Positions 19,562 through 29,319 of a stretch of 64,000 nt of DNA are shown piece by piece (the first letter of the stretch is position 1; every line of letters begins with the position of its first letter). The translations under genes and the position numbers were made by a program. Source of the stretch: Candidatus Hydrogenedentota bacterium (lineage in GTDB: Bacteria; Hydrogenedentota; Hydrogenedentia; Hydrogenedentales; SLHB01); contig CAXXYE010000004.1 of assembly GCA_963674865.2 (NCBI GenBank), forward strand, positions 320,001 through 384,000, read 5' to 3'. The notes below the pieces were generated by a model. That model did no database searches and was not told the DNA's origin. It saw only the letters and a list, made by a program, of their open reading frames with translations.

Positions 19562-20995
19562 TTACTCCGTTCCGAGCTTTTGCCTGAGCATTTCATTGAC
19601 GACCTTCGGATTGGCCTTTCCCTTTGTCGCCTTCATCACCTGGCCCATCAGGAACTGAAGGGCCTTCGCCGTGCCGCCCTTGAAATCGGCCACGGGGCCC
19701 GGATTCGACGCGATGACCTCTTGCACGATGCGCTCGAGTTCGCCCGTGTCGCTTATCTGGATCAAGCCCTTCTCTTCCACCAGTGTCTTAGGGGGCTTGC
19801 CGGACTCGAATACACCGACAAGTACCTCTTTGGCGATCTTGCGGCTGATCGTACCACTCTCGATGAGGCCGATCATCTCCGCTAGATGCGCGGGCGCGAC
19901 ACGGCACGCATCGATCTCCACCTTGCTGTCCAGAAGCAGACGCTGCAAGTCGCCCATCATCCAGTTTGCCGTCTCCTTGGCCGGGGCGCCGGCTTGGCGC
20001 ACGGCCTCGAAGTAATCAGCCACCGGACGCAGGGCCGTGAGGGCGTCAGCGTCGTAATCCGATAGCCCGTGGACCTCCATGAAGCGCTTCTTTCGCGCCT
20101 GAGGCAACTCGGGCAGTGATTGACGAATCTCATCTTCCCAAGCTTCGGACACCGCGATCGGCACAAGGTCGGGCTCAGGGAAGTAGCGATAATCGTGGGC
20201 GGACTCTTTGCTCCGCTGGGAGAAGGTAATCTCGCGCTCGGCGTCCCAGCCGCGAGTCTCCTGGATGATGACGCCCCCGTCTTCGAGGACTTCGCGTTGC
20301 CGCGCGATTTCATAGTCGATGGCCTTCTGGGTGCCGCTGAAGGAGGCCACATTCTTCACCTCGGTTTTGGTGCCGAACTCCTCGGCACCGGCGGGGCGCA
20401 AGCTGATGTTGGCCTCCGCGCGCAGCGAGCCCTCCTCCATATTGCAGTCACTGGCGCCAAGGTATTGGATGATCTGTTTGAGGGCCGTCAGATATGCGTA
20501 GGCTTCGTCCGCGCTGCGGATGTCCGGCTCGGTTACGATCTCAAGAAGCGGCACGCCGCTCCGGTTGAAATCGACCCCGCTTCTCCCGCCGCCAATGGTG
20601 TGGGTGTTGCGGGCGGTATCTTCTTCGAGATGCGCCCGGTGGATGCGGATACGCTTGGCGCGCCCGTCCACGTTGACATCGATCGAGCCGTTGCTGCAAA
20701 GCGGCAGGTCGTATTGACTAATCTGGTAATTCTTCGCCATGTCTGGATAGAAGTAATTCTTGCGGTCCATCTTGGACCACCGGGACACGCTGCAGTTCAG
20801 GGCAAGGCCGACGGCTACGGCGTGGGTGATGGCTTTCTCATTGAGTACGGGCAGTACACCGGGCATGCCCAGGCAAACGGGACACACATTGGTGTTGGGC
20901 GGAGCATGGAAGTCCGTGCTGCATCCGCAGAACACCTTCGAGCGGGTGTTGAGTTCGACGTGCACTTCCATGCCTATGACGGCTTCGTAATCCAT
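19562..20995 (-). CDS. gatB: Asp/Glu-tRNA amidotransferase subunit B
   Basis: IGMEVHVEL, RKNYFYPD, HLEED and DYRYFPEPDL motifs. Confidence 0.97.
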   Translation of the reverse strand: MDYEAVIGMEVHVELNTRSKVFCGCSTDFHAPPNTNVCPVCLGMPGVLPVLNEKAITHAVAVGLALNCSVSRWSKMDRKNYFYPDMAKNYQISQYDLPLCSNGSIDVNVDGRAKRIRIHRAHLEEDTARNTHTIGGGRSGVDFNRSGVPLLEIVTEPDIRSADEAYAYLTALKQIIQYLGASDCNMEEGSLRAEANISLRPAGAEEFGTKTEVKNVASFSGTQKAIDYEIARQREVLEDGGVIIQETRGWDAEREITFSQRSKESAHDYRYFPEPDLVPIAVSEAWEDEIRQSLPELPQARKKRFMEVHGLSDYDADALTALRPVADYFEAVRQAGAPAKETANWMMGDLQRLLLDSKVEIDACRVAPAHLAEMIGLIESGTISRKIAKEVLVGVFESGKPPKTLVEEKGLIQISDTGELERIVQEVIASNPGPVADFKGGTAKALQFLMGQVMKATKGKANPKVVNEMLRQKLGTE

Positions 20996-21004
20996 TCGCT
21001 CTCT

Positions 21005-22474
21005 CTACGCCAGCGGGGGAGTGCCCATTTCGAATCCCCGGTTTCTCTCGTAGCTGTACGCAACCCGGATCAGCGTCTCCTCGTCGAAGGGCTTTCCAAG
21101 AAGCTGTAAACCTGCGGGAAGGCCATCTGCCGTTAGCCCGCACGGAACGGATACGCCGGGAATGCCGGCCAGGTTGGTTGAGATGGTGTAAATGTCGCTG
21201 AGGTACATCTGCAGCGGATCGGCGGTTTTCTCGCCGAACCGAAACGCTGGCGTGGGGGAGGTTGGTGTCACGATGACATCGCACTCCCGGAACGCTTCGG
21301 TGAAGTCGCGGCGTATGAGCGAGCGGACTTTCTGGGCCTTCAGGTAGTAGGCGTCGTAGTAGCCGCTGGACAGGACATAGGTGCCCAGCATGATACGACG
21401 CTGCACTTCCCGGCCGAAGCCCTGGCTCTTGGTATCGTGATAGAGGGCCTCCACGTTTTCCGGGGCCGGGGCCCGATAGCCATAGCGCACGCCGTCGAAG
21501 CGGGCCAAGTTGGCGCTCGCCTCGGCCGTGCAGATGATGTAATACACGGCGATGGCATAGTCCGTATGCGGGAGCGACACTTCGACCACCTTCGCGCCTT
21601 GGGCTTTCAACACGTCAACGGCTTCGGCGACTTTGGAGCGCATCTCTCGGCCCAAGGCATCGGTGAAGTATTCCTTCGGAAGTCCTACCGTGATATCCCC
21701 GATATCATCGCGGAGCGCGGAGGTGAAGTCCGGTACCTCAAGCGCGGCCGAGGTGGAATCGCGGGAATCGAGTCCGCAGAGCGTGTTGAGGATCAGGGCG
21801 AGGTCTTCGGCGTCTTTGGCGAAGGGCCCTATCTGATCGAGCGAGGAGGCAAAGGCGACGAGCCCATAACGAGACACGCGGCCGTAGGTGGGCTTCATGC
21901 CGATGCAGCCGCACAATGCCGCCGGTTGCCGAATGGAGCCGCCGGTGTCACTGCCGAGGGCGAAGGCGCACTCATCGGCTGCCACGGCCGCCGCGGAGCC
22001 GCCGCTTGAGCCGCCCGGAACACAGTCCAGATTCCATGGATTGCAGGTTGTCTGAACGGCGGAGTTTTCCGTGGACGATCCCATGGCAAACTCGTCCATG
22101 TTGAGTTTGCCTAGGAACACGGCGCCCGCATCTTCCAGGCGAGCCACGACGGTGGCGTCAAAAGGGCTTCGATAGCCCTTCAAGATCTTCGAGCAGCATG
22201 CGGTTGATCCGAGCCGCGTACACAGAACATCCTTCAGGCCTACCGGCACACCGGCTAGAGGGCCGACGTCTTCGCCCTTCTTGAGCCGTTGATCGATTTG
22301 CGCGGCGCGTGCTAGGGCCGGTTCCTTCCAGACGTCCACAAAGGCCCGGACCTGTGCATCAACCTGCTCGATGCGGTTGAGGAAGCTCTGGGTGATGCCT
22401 TCGGCTGACACGTCGCCCTCGCGAACGGCGCGGGCGATTTCGTGGGCGGTGCAGCGATACCAATCCTGGGCCAT
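21005..22474 (-). CDS. gatA: Asp/Glu-tRNA amidotransferase subunit A
   Basis: NMDEFAMGSSTE, PGGSSGGSAA, GSDTGGSIRQPA and RRIMLGTYVLS motifs. Confidence 0.97.
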   Translation of the reverse strand: MAQDWYRCTAHEIARAVREGDVSAEGITQSFLNRIEQVDAQVRAFVDVWKEPALARAAQIDQRLKKGEDVGPLAGVPVGLKDVLCTRLGSTACCSKILKGYRSPFDATVVARLEDAGAVFLGKLNMDEFAMGSSTENSAVQTTCNPWNLDCVPGGSSGGSAAAVAADECAFALGSDTGGSIRQPAALCGCIGMKPTYGRVSRYGLVAFASSLDQIGPFAKDAEDLALILNTLCGLDSRDSTSAALEVPDFTSALRDDIGDITVGLPKEYFTDALGREMRSKVAEAVDVLKAQGAKVVEVSLPHTDYAIAVYYIICTAEASANLARFDGVRYGYRAPAPENVEALYHDTKSQGFGREVQRRIMLGTYVLSSGYYDAYYLKAQKVRSLIRRDFTEAFRECDVIVTPTSPTPAFRFGEKTADPLQMYLSDIYTISTNLAGIPGVSVPCGLTADGLPAGLQLLGKPFDEETLIRVAYSYERNRGFEMGTPPLA

Positions 22475-22477
22475 ACG

Positions 22478-22774
22478 TCAGTCCACATCCAGGATTTGGG
22501 GCACCAGAAAGTATTCCCCGTCGGTTTCCGGCGCGTTGCTGAGGGCCGTGTCGCGCTCTAGTGACGGTTGCACCTCATCAGGCCGGTAGACATTGCTCAT
22601 GTCGAGGACATGCATCATCGGCTCGACGTCAGACGTGTCCAGCTCGTTCAGCTTGTCCATGTAGGCGAGAATATCCCCCAACTCGCCGACTAGGCGCTCT
22701 TTAGTCGCTTCATCCAGCGTGAGCTGGGCGAGTCCCGCGACGTATTCAACGTCTTTCTTCGTAATCTTTGCCAT
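22478..22774 (-). CDS. gatC: Asp/Glu-tRNA amidotransferase subunit C
   Basis: VEYVAGLAQL, LNELDTSDVEP and NAPE..GEYFLVP motifs; upstream of gatA. Confidence 0.95.
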   Translation of the reverse strand: MAKITKKDVEYVAGLAQLTLDEATKERLVGELGDILAYMDKLNELDTSDVEPMMHVLDMSNVYRPDEVQPSLERDTALSNAPETDGEYFLVPQILDVD

Positions 22775-23177
22775 GATTTCACACTATCCGAATGGAGGGA
22801 ATTCCACAGGCAGAATCGTAGCACACGGCGCTAGGACTTGTCCAAAGACGCTCGGCCCAGCCGGAGCTATCCGGCCCGGCCGAGAGGCGTCTCATCGGTG
22901 CGGTCACTAGTCCTCCGGCACCATGGAGGATAAACGGTGTTTGATCAGTGAAAGCCATCTCACGCATCATTAGCACGGCCAAGGGGCCGACAACGCGCGC
23001 AGGTGATCCGGGTGGCCTGGGGCCAATTGTGCCGCGCGGCAAGTCATTAGAGGAAATGGCGTTCGCCAGATGAGCGATTTCACCTAATGGGTGAGCAGGT
23101 TTCTGGAGGAGAAGTCGAACAGAGGCGCCAAGTGCGCGGCACTGTCGAATCAATCGGCGATTGCGGTAGGTGACGTA

Positions 23178-23939
23178 TTGCTGGATTTTGTCGAGTACAC
23201 TTCAGGACGCAGGCATGCCCGGGTGCGCCGTGAATGGGCGGATGCCATTTCGGGTGCGCTGTTGGAAGGGACGGGATGCGTGTCGGCCGAGGCGGGCGGC
23301 CGGGGACGGCTGGTACGCTTCGAGTATGGTGAGGGGCAGGCGCTTATTAGGCGATACCGGCGCGGCGGCGTTGTTCGCCATTTCACGCGGGAATCCTACC
23401 TCCTGGTAAACCGCCCGCTGCTTGAGTTGCGGGTGCTCACGCGACTCTTTGAGAGCGGTTTCCCGGTTCCGGAGCCGCTCGGCGTTGTGTGGGAGCGGCG
23501 CGGGCCGCTCTACCGCGGTGCGCTGGCAACCGCCGAGGTCGCTGGGGCAGATTTGCATACCTACCTCACGCGCGGCGCCCGAGCCCCCGAGGGCATCATG
23601 CGAAACGTCGGCGAGACATTCCGCCGGATGCATGACTTGGGCGTGTTCCACGCCGATCTTCAGGTGCGCAATGTGCTTGTGACGGGGCGCGGCATCGTGC
23701 TCTTGGACTTTGACAACGCCCGCCTGGTGGGGGGACTGTCAAAGGTCGCGCGGGCAAGAAATCTACTGCGATTCCGGCGCTCGCTCGATAAGAACGGTAT
23801 CCCGCTTGCGCTGTTTCAGCCACTGTGGGACGGATATGGCCGCGAGCCGCTGCCTGCTTGGCTTGACAGGTTCTACACGCTCAAGGGACGTGCGTCCGAC
23901 ATACTGGCGGGACGCCGAAGGCGCCGCCGGAATGGATGA
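23178..23939 (+). CDS. Kdo kinase-like lipopolysaccharide kinase (KdkA/WaaP family)
   Basis: GGRG, RRYRRGG, VFHADLQVRNVL, LLDFD and NLLRFRRS motifs. TTG start after GGTAGGTG; the ORF is open from 23091. Confidence 0.8.
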   Translation: MLDFVEYTSGRRHARVRREWADAISGALLEGTGCVSAEAGGRGRLVRFEYGEGQALIRRYRRGGVVRHFTRESYLLVNRPLLELRVLTRLFESGFPVPEPLGVVWERRGPLYRGALATAEVAGADLHTYLTRGARAPEGIMRNVGETFRRMHDLGVFHADLQVRNVLVTGRGIVLLDFDNARLVGGLSKVARARNLLRFRRSLDKNGIPLALFQPLWDGYGREPLPAWLDRFYTLKGRASDILAGRRRRRRNG

Positions 23940-24714
23940 CGGCACGCCGGAAGTGCGGATCGAGCGTTGCGGAGCACTCACTATCTACCGTGACGAAGGC
24001 TTTCCCGCGGAAAGCGTGCGGGCGATTCTAGACACGCCGGGCGAGCCGCTCAAGACCTCCCGCAAATCCACTACGCGCCGTGTGGGTGAGTGGGTGGTCA
24101 AAGAGAGCTGTATGGAGGGCGGCCTGGCCATTCTGAAACACACCTTTGCGCGCCGGCGTTACAGACAAGCATGGCGGGCCGGGCGGCATTTGCTGCGGCA
24201 TGGTGTGCTGGCGCCGCGGCCCGTGGCATTCATTGAGAGGGGACTTGGGGGACTTCTGTGGGGGCACGCTCTGATCTCCGAGTTCCTGGTAGGCTGTGGG
24301 AACGTCGAGGCCCACGCAAAGAGCCTGGGGGAGGAGGGCGCGTCTCGAGAAGTGATCCGAGCCTTCCTGGAGGGACTTGCACAAGCCGTTCATGCCTTGA
24401 GCGCCGCGGGCGCGTACCACAGCGATCTGTCGGGCAAGAACATCTTCACGCGCGACGGAAGGCAGTTTTACTTCATCGATCTCGACGGCGTCGTGCTCAA
24501 CCGGCCGTATACGGACGCCATGCGCCTGAAGAATCTCGTGCAGCTATACGACTCCTTCTGCGATCTATGGGGGCCGGATCTCCTGGATCCTTTCATTGCG
24601 CACATGTTGCCATCGGGACACGACGTGTCATCTTGGGCGGCTGCCGTCCACGATGGACAGGCCAAGAGGCGTGCCCGTATCGAGGCCATCTGGCGGAGGG
24701 AGGGCAAATGCTGA
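23932..24714 (+). CDS. Second Kdo/WaaP-family LPS kinase
   Basis: VVKE, YHSDLSGKNI, FIDLD and KNLVQL motifs; start overlaps the previous stop. Confidence 0.78.
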   Translation: MDDGTPEVRIERCGALTIYRDEGFPAESVRAILDTPGEPLKTSRKSTTRRVGEWVVKESCMEGGLAILKHTFARRRYRQAWRAGRHLLRHGVLAPRPVAFIERGLGGLLWGHALISEFLVGCGNVEAHAKSLGEEGASREVIRAFLEGLAQAVHALSAAGAYHSDLSGKNIFTRDGRQFYFIDLDGVVLNRPYTDAMRLKNLVQLYDSFCDLWGPDLLDPFIAHMLPSGHDVSSWAAAVHDGQAKRRARIEAIWRREGKC

Positions 24715-25835
24715 GGCGGGAGTACTCCGGCGAGGAACGGCGAGCCATCCGCGAAATGAAGCGGGCGATATGGACGCAGAAGGGCGCCGGGCGAGAGTAC
24801 CAGTCCATGGCCTACCAGAAAGATCCCTTTATCCAGGCGGGCAATCTCACGGAGATCGGCTTTGTCAACCGGCACGTTGTGGGAGGCAGGATCCTGGATG
24901 CGGGGGCCGGCACCGGCAGATTCACGATACCGCTTCTGGAGGCGGGACTCGAGGTGGTTTCGCTCGACATCTCGCTCGAAATGCTCGAGGAGGGGCGGCG
25001 GGCCGGTGAGAAGCGCGGAAAGGAATTGCGGCTTACGGCGGGAGACTTGGAGCGTCTGCCGTTCCCGGACGAGTCCTTCGATTCCGTCGTCAGTATCATC
25101 GTCTTGCGCCATTTCCCGAACTGGCGGGAGCTTCTCGCAGAATGCGTGCGTGTTCTGCGGCCCGGGGGGCGCCTCATCTTCGATATGGCCTCGGGCGAGC
25201 ACCAGGCCTACTTGGCGGCGCATGGCGCGGCGCGGGAGTCCCTGTTTGATCCGAAGGAGTACGCCGCCTCGATGACAGTGAAGGAGCTGACGCGCCTGGC
25301 GGGCGAACTGGACATGGCGGTGGTGACGGCGACGCCCTATGACTTCTTCCAGGGGAATGTGCTGCTTGAACGAGTGTTGGGGGACGAGGCCGTCTCGGTG
25401 CTGGAGGGCGCGCGGCGCCTGCTCGAGGCGGATGGAGCCATCGCCTTCCATGAATGGGTGACGCGATTCATCTTCCCCTGCCTGAGCCCGGCCTTGACGG
25501 CCTCGTGGCTGATCGCGCTCGCGAAAGGTGTTGGGAACGCCTCGCCCTATCGCCCGGCGTATCGCTTGGCCGAGGACGGCGGGGCCATGGGGGATTCCGT
25601 GGCAAGACTCTTCGACATCCTTGCTCAATGCCTGGGGGATGTTTGCGAACCGCTCATGGCCGAGGGCGCCCGGATGATGAACTTGCCGGAGGCACGCGAA
25701 CTGGCATTTCTCATCAAGGACAAGGTACTCTCTTGCTTTCCCCTGGAAGTCCTCTTGTGGGAAGCGGACGGAACGCCCGGAGGCCGGATCGCCGAAGGTC
25801 ACGTGGCCGGAAGTCAATCAGAGAACGGGGACTGA
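24708..25835 (+). CDS. Class I SAM-dependent methyltransferase with C-terminal extension
   Basis: ILDAGAGTG, LPFPDESFD and RVLRPGG motifs; GGAGG RBS. Confidence 0.85.
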   Translation: MLRREYSGEERRAIREMKRAIWTQKGAGREYQSMAYQKDPFIQAGNLTEIGFVNRHVVGGRILDAGAGTGRFTIPLLEAGLEVVSLDISLEMLEEGRRAGEKRGKELRLTAGDLERLPFPDESFDSVVSIIVLRHFPNWRELLAECVRVLRPGGRLIFDMASGEHQAYLAAHGAARESLFDPKEYAASMTVKELTRLAGELDMAVVTATPYDFFQGNVLLERVLGDEAVSVLEGARRLLEADGAIAFHEWVTRFIFPCLSPALTASWLIALAKGVGNASPYRPAYRLAEDGGAMGDSVARLFDILAQCLGDVCEPLMAEGARMMNLPEARELAFLIKDKVLSCFPLEVLLWEADGTPGGRIAEGHVAGSQSENGD

Positions 25836-25857
25836 ACTGAATCTAGAGATTTCCGAG

Positions 25858-28221
25858 ATGGTTTACCGAAGGAAGCCGTCTATTTCCATCTTCGCGAGGC
25901 GCCTGTTTCTTCTCGCGGCTCTTGTGGAATGTCTCTGCGCCTGGGGCGTTGAAGATAGGATTCCGCTCAACGTTTGGGGGATGAACCTTGGCGAGCCGCG
26001 CTACGGCTATTACGCGCTCATCGAGGCCTTTGAGCGTGAGTATCCCAATGTCGAGATCGTCGTCGGCCCCACCGACAGGGGTGAGGATCTTCAGAAACTC
26101 CTGTCGGGCGTGGTAGGCAACTCGCCGCCCGACGTATTCCGACGAGAATCCCTCCTATTTGGCGATATCGCCGCCCGAGGCATCCTTAGGCCTCTTGATG
26201 ACTTCATCGAGCAGGACAAGAGCCGGCCCGATGGCATTCACAAGGAGGACTACCTGGACGCCGTCTGGGAGTCCGGCCAGTACCAGGGGAAGATGTACGG
26301 ACTGCCCGAGAGCTCCAATCCCGTTGTACTGGCGTACAATCGCGAGTTATTCCGTCAGGCTGGACTCGATCCCGATATGCCGCCGATGACCTGGGATGAG
26401 TGGCGTGAGGCGGCGCGGAAGCTTACCGTGCGTGACAAGGCCGGCCGCATCAGGCAATTGGGACTAATGTTCTACGGCCGCGACGATCTGTCATTCTACA
26501 TGGCGCAGCTGGGCGGGCAGGTATTCTCCGAGGACGGGCGGCGTTGCTCGCTTGACTCTCCTGAGGGGCGCGAGGCGGTTACCTTCCTGAAGTCGCTGTA
26601 TGACGCCCAGGGCGGCCGGGAGGCCTACGATCAGTTCGGCGCGGCCAACACCGCCCCGGAGCAGTACAATCCCTTCGGCACGGGCAAGATCGCCATGACT
26701 GTCCAGGATGATTGGGTGATCTACCGGGTGATGCGGTTTCATCCCGACATGGACCTCGGTATCGCGCCCCTCCCGGCGCCTCCGGGGCGGGCGCCCATCA
26801 CGATGTCCAGCACCAATCCCATCTACATGATTCCCGTCAATGCAAGGCATCCCAAAGAGGCTTGGGATTTCATCCGGTTTGTCTATTCGCCTGAGGGGCA
26901 ACTGCTCTTTGCCGATGCTCTCGATGCCCATGCGCAGACTCGCGGCGAGCGGCACAACTACACGGGCTTCAGGACGAATCAGAAGATTGTCGCCGCGCTA
27001 TCTGAGAAGTACGTGCCGGACATCCCCCGGTTTCGGGCCACGTTTGACGTATGCGGACAGATCCTGAAGACGATGGTGCCCACTCCGGTGAGCCCGGTGT
27101 CGGGCCCGTTGCGCGATGAGATGAGGCGTGCCGTGGATCGTGCCGCCTACGGGGAAATGACACCGGAGGAGTCTCTGGCCGACGCGGCGCGGCGTGTCCA
27201 AGACAAGCTCGACTTGTACTATCGACGGGAAACCTTGCCGCTCTTTCGGTGGGGGGCAGTCTGGGCCGGTTTCGCGATGCTGATTGGTACGGCGATGCTC
27301 GTCCTCAGGAAGCTTACCCATGGCGAGCGAGCGGTTTCGACACTCCAGCGCCATGAGAACCGGATGGGCCTGGTTTTCATCAGCCCTTGGGTGATCGGCC
27401 TGCTGTGCTTTACCGTCGGGCCGATGGTGTTCTCGATAGCCATCAGTTTCTGCGATTACGACGTTATTCACCCCGCCCGGTTCTTGGGCGTGGAGAACTA
27501 CAAACTCCTTTTGACGAACGATCCCCTCTTCTGGAAGTCCTTGCGGAACACGGCCTTCATGGTATTCGCCCTGCCCGTCGGCATGGCCGCGAGTCTGGCG
27601 ATTGCCCTGCTGCTCGATGCAAAGGTGCGCGGGATGTCCTTCTACCGGACAGTGTTCTACCTCCCGGCCATTACGCCGGCCGTGGCCGCGGCGGTGCTTT
27701 GGTACGCGCTACTCAATCCGGACGGCCTGATCAATGGCGTCTTGAATGTCACCATCTGCAAGTGGTTCGACGTGGCTCCCCCGGCATGGCTTCAGGATCC
27801 CGTTTGGTCGAAGCCGGCCATTGTGCTCATGCGCCTGTGGGGCGCCGGCGGAGGGATGATCCTCTGGCTCGCCGGCCTCCAGGGCATTCCAAACCAGCTC
27901 TACGAGGCCGCGGCGATTGACGGGGCCGGGCCGCTCCGGCGATTCTGGTCGATCACGCTGCCCATGCTCACGCCGTACGTGTTCTTTTCGCTGATTGTGG
28001 GCGTTATCGGTGTATTCCAGATCTTCGGCCAGGCCCTGATTCTTACGCAGGGCGGCCCGGCGGACTCGACGTTATTCTACGTCTACTACCTTTTCAACAA
28101 CGCGTTCCGGTATTTCAAAATGGGATACGCCTCGGCCCAGGCGTGGATTCTCTTCGTGATCGTCCTTGTACTGACACTGATCCAGTGGCGCTTGTCGAAA
28201 AAATGGGTGCACTACGGCTAG
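25858..28221 (+). CDS. Fused extracellular solute-binding protein plus carbohydrate ABC permease
   Basis: N-terminal SBP (FEREYPNV, PPDV, LAYNRELF) continuous with a permease carrying LYEAAAIDGA (EAA motif) and GYASAQAW. Confidence 0.88.
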   Translation: MVYRRKPSISIFARRLFLLAALVECLCAWGVEDRIPLNVWGMNLGEPRYGYYALIEAFEREYPNVEIVVGPTDRGEDLQKLLSGVVGNSPPDVFRRESLLFGDIAARGILRPLDDFIEQDKSRPDGIHKEDYLDAVWESGQYQGKMYGLPESSNPVVLAYNRELFRQAGLDPDMPPMTWDEWREAARKLTVRDKAGRIRQLGLMFYGRDDLSFYMAQLGGQVFSEDGRRCSLDSPEGREAVTFLKSLYDAQGGREAYDQFGAANTAPEQYNPFGTGKIAMTVQDDWVIYRVMRFHPDMDLGIAPLPAPPGRAPITMSSTNPIYMIPVNARHPKEAWDFIRFVYSPEGQLLFADALDAHAQTRGERHNYTGFRTNQKIVAALSEKYVPDIPRFRATFDVCGQILKTMVPTPVSPVSGPLRDEMRRAVDRAAYGEMTPEESLADAARRVQDKLDLYYRRETLPLFRWGAVWAGFAMLIGTAMLVLRKLTHGERAVSTLQRHENRMGLVFISPWVIGLLCFTVGPMVFSIAISFCDYDVIHPARFLGVENYKLLLTNDPLFWKSLRNTAFMVFALPVGMAASLAIALLLDAKVRGMSFYRTVFYLPAITPAVAAAVLWYALLNPDGLINGVLNVTICKWFDVAPPAWLQDPVWSKPAIVLMRLWGAGGGMILWLAGLQGIPNQLYEAAAIDGAGPLRRFWSITLPMLTPYVFFSLIVGVIGVFQIFGQALILTQGGPADSTLFYVYYLFNNAFRYFKMGYASAQAWILFVIVLVLTLIQWRLSKKWVHYG

Positions 28222-28231
28222 GTATGGACCG

Positions 28232-29107
28232 ATGAAACGAGTTCTACGAAAACGATTGCGCATCGCGAGCCGCCAAACGCTCCTGCACCTCGTGCTGGTG
28301 GCCGGCGGCATCGTGTTTTCCATGCCCTTCGTCTGGCTCATCGTCACCAGCTTCAAGGGGCCGCAAGAGATCTTCGCCGTTCCGATGATTTGGATTCCGG
28401 CCGCTCTCAAGCAGGCGCCCATTCAATGGCGCGAGGTGTTCCAGAACTTCATTAGCGCCCATGAATTCATTCCCTTCTGGACGTGGATTCGCAACACGCT
28501 TCATGTTACGGCGCTCAGCGTCGTGTGCAGTGTGCTGTCATGCAGTTTCGTGGCCTACGGATTCTCTCGGATCCGCTGGCGCGGCCGCGATACGGTGTTC
28601 ATCATGGTGCTCGCCACGATGATGCTCCCGGCGCAAGTTACCATGATTCCTGCGTTTCTCATCTTCAACAAACTCGGCTGGTACAACACACTCAGGCCAT
28701 TGTGGGTGCCGTCGATCTTCGGTGCGGCCTTCAGCATCTTCCTACTGCGTCAGTTCATGATGACGATTCCCATGGAACTCGAGGACGCCGCCAAGATCGA
28801 CGGCTGCGGCCATTTCCGCATTTACAGCACCATCATCCTTCCGTTGATGAAACCTGCCCTCGCCGTCGTGGCGATCCAAACCTTTCAAGGCGCCTGGAAC
28901 AACTTCCTGGGGCCGTATATCTACATCAACTCGAAGGAAAAGATGACGATTGCCCTCGGCTTGCAGTGGTTCAAGAGCGAGCATCTGGCCATGTACGGCG
29001 AGATGATGGCCACCTCCTTCGTGATGACGTTGCCCATTCTCATCATTTTCTTCTTCTGCCAGCGCTACATGATCCAGGGCATCTCCCTGACGGGCATCAA
29101 GGCCTGA
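28232..29107 (+). CDS. Carbohydrate ABC transporter permease
   Basis: ELEDAAKIDG EAA motif and WNNFLGP. Confidence 0.92.
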   Translation: MKRVLRKRLRIASRQTLLHLVLVAGGIVFSMPFVWLIVTSFKGPQEIFAVPMIWIPAALKQAPIQWREVFQNFISAHEFIPFWTWIRNTLHVTALSVVCSVLSCSFVAYGFSRIRWRGRDTVFIMVLATMMLPAQVTMIPAFLIFNKLGWYNTLRPLWVPSIFGAAFSIFLLRQFMMTIPMELEDAAKIDGCGHFRIYSTIILPLMKPALAVVAIQTFQGAWNNFLGPYIYINSKEKMTIALGLQWFKSEHLAMYGEMMATSFVMTLPILIIFFFCQRYMIQGISLTGIKA

Positions 29108-29319
29108 CAGGAGAGAATCATGCGCAGTGGCACGAGGAATTCGGACATTTCGGGTGTGTGCGCTTGTAAGCGCATTGGATTGCCACAAGGCTTCCATCCT
29201 ATGACGTTCGCTTTCCCGTCGTGGTATCAGACTTGCTTTCCACCCTTCACTTGAGGTAATATCCGCACTCCTTTCTTCACGTTTTCCCCTGTCAAGATGA
29301 TTTGAGGATATCCACGAGT

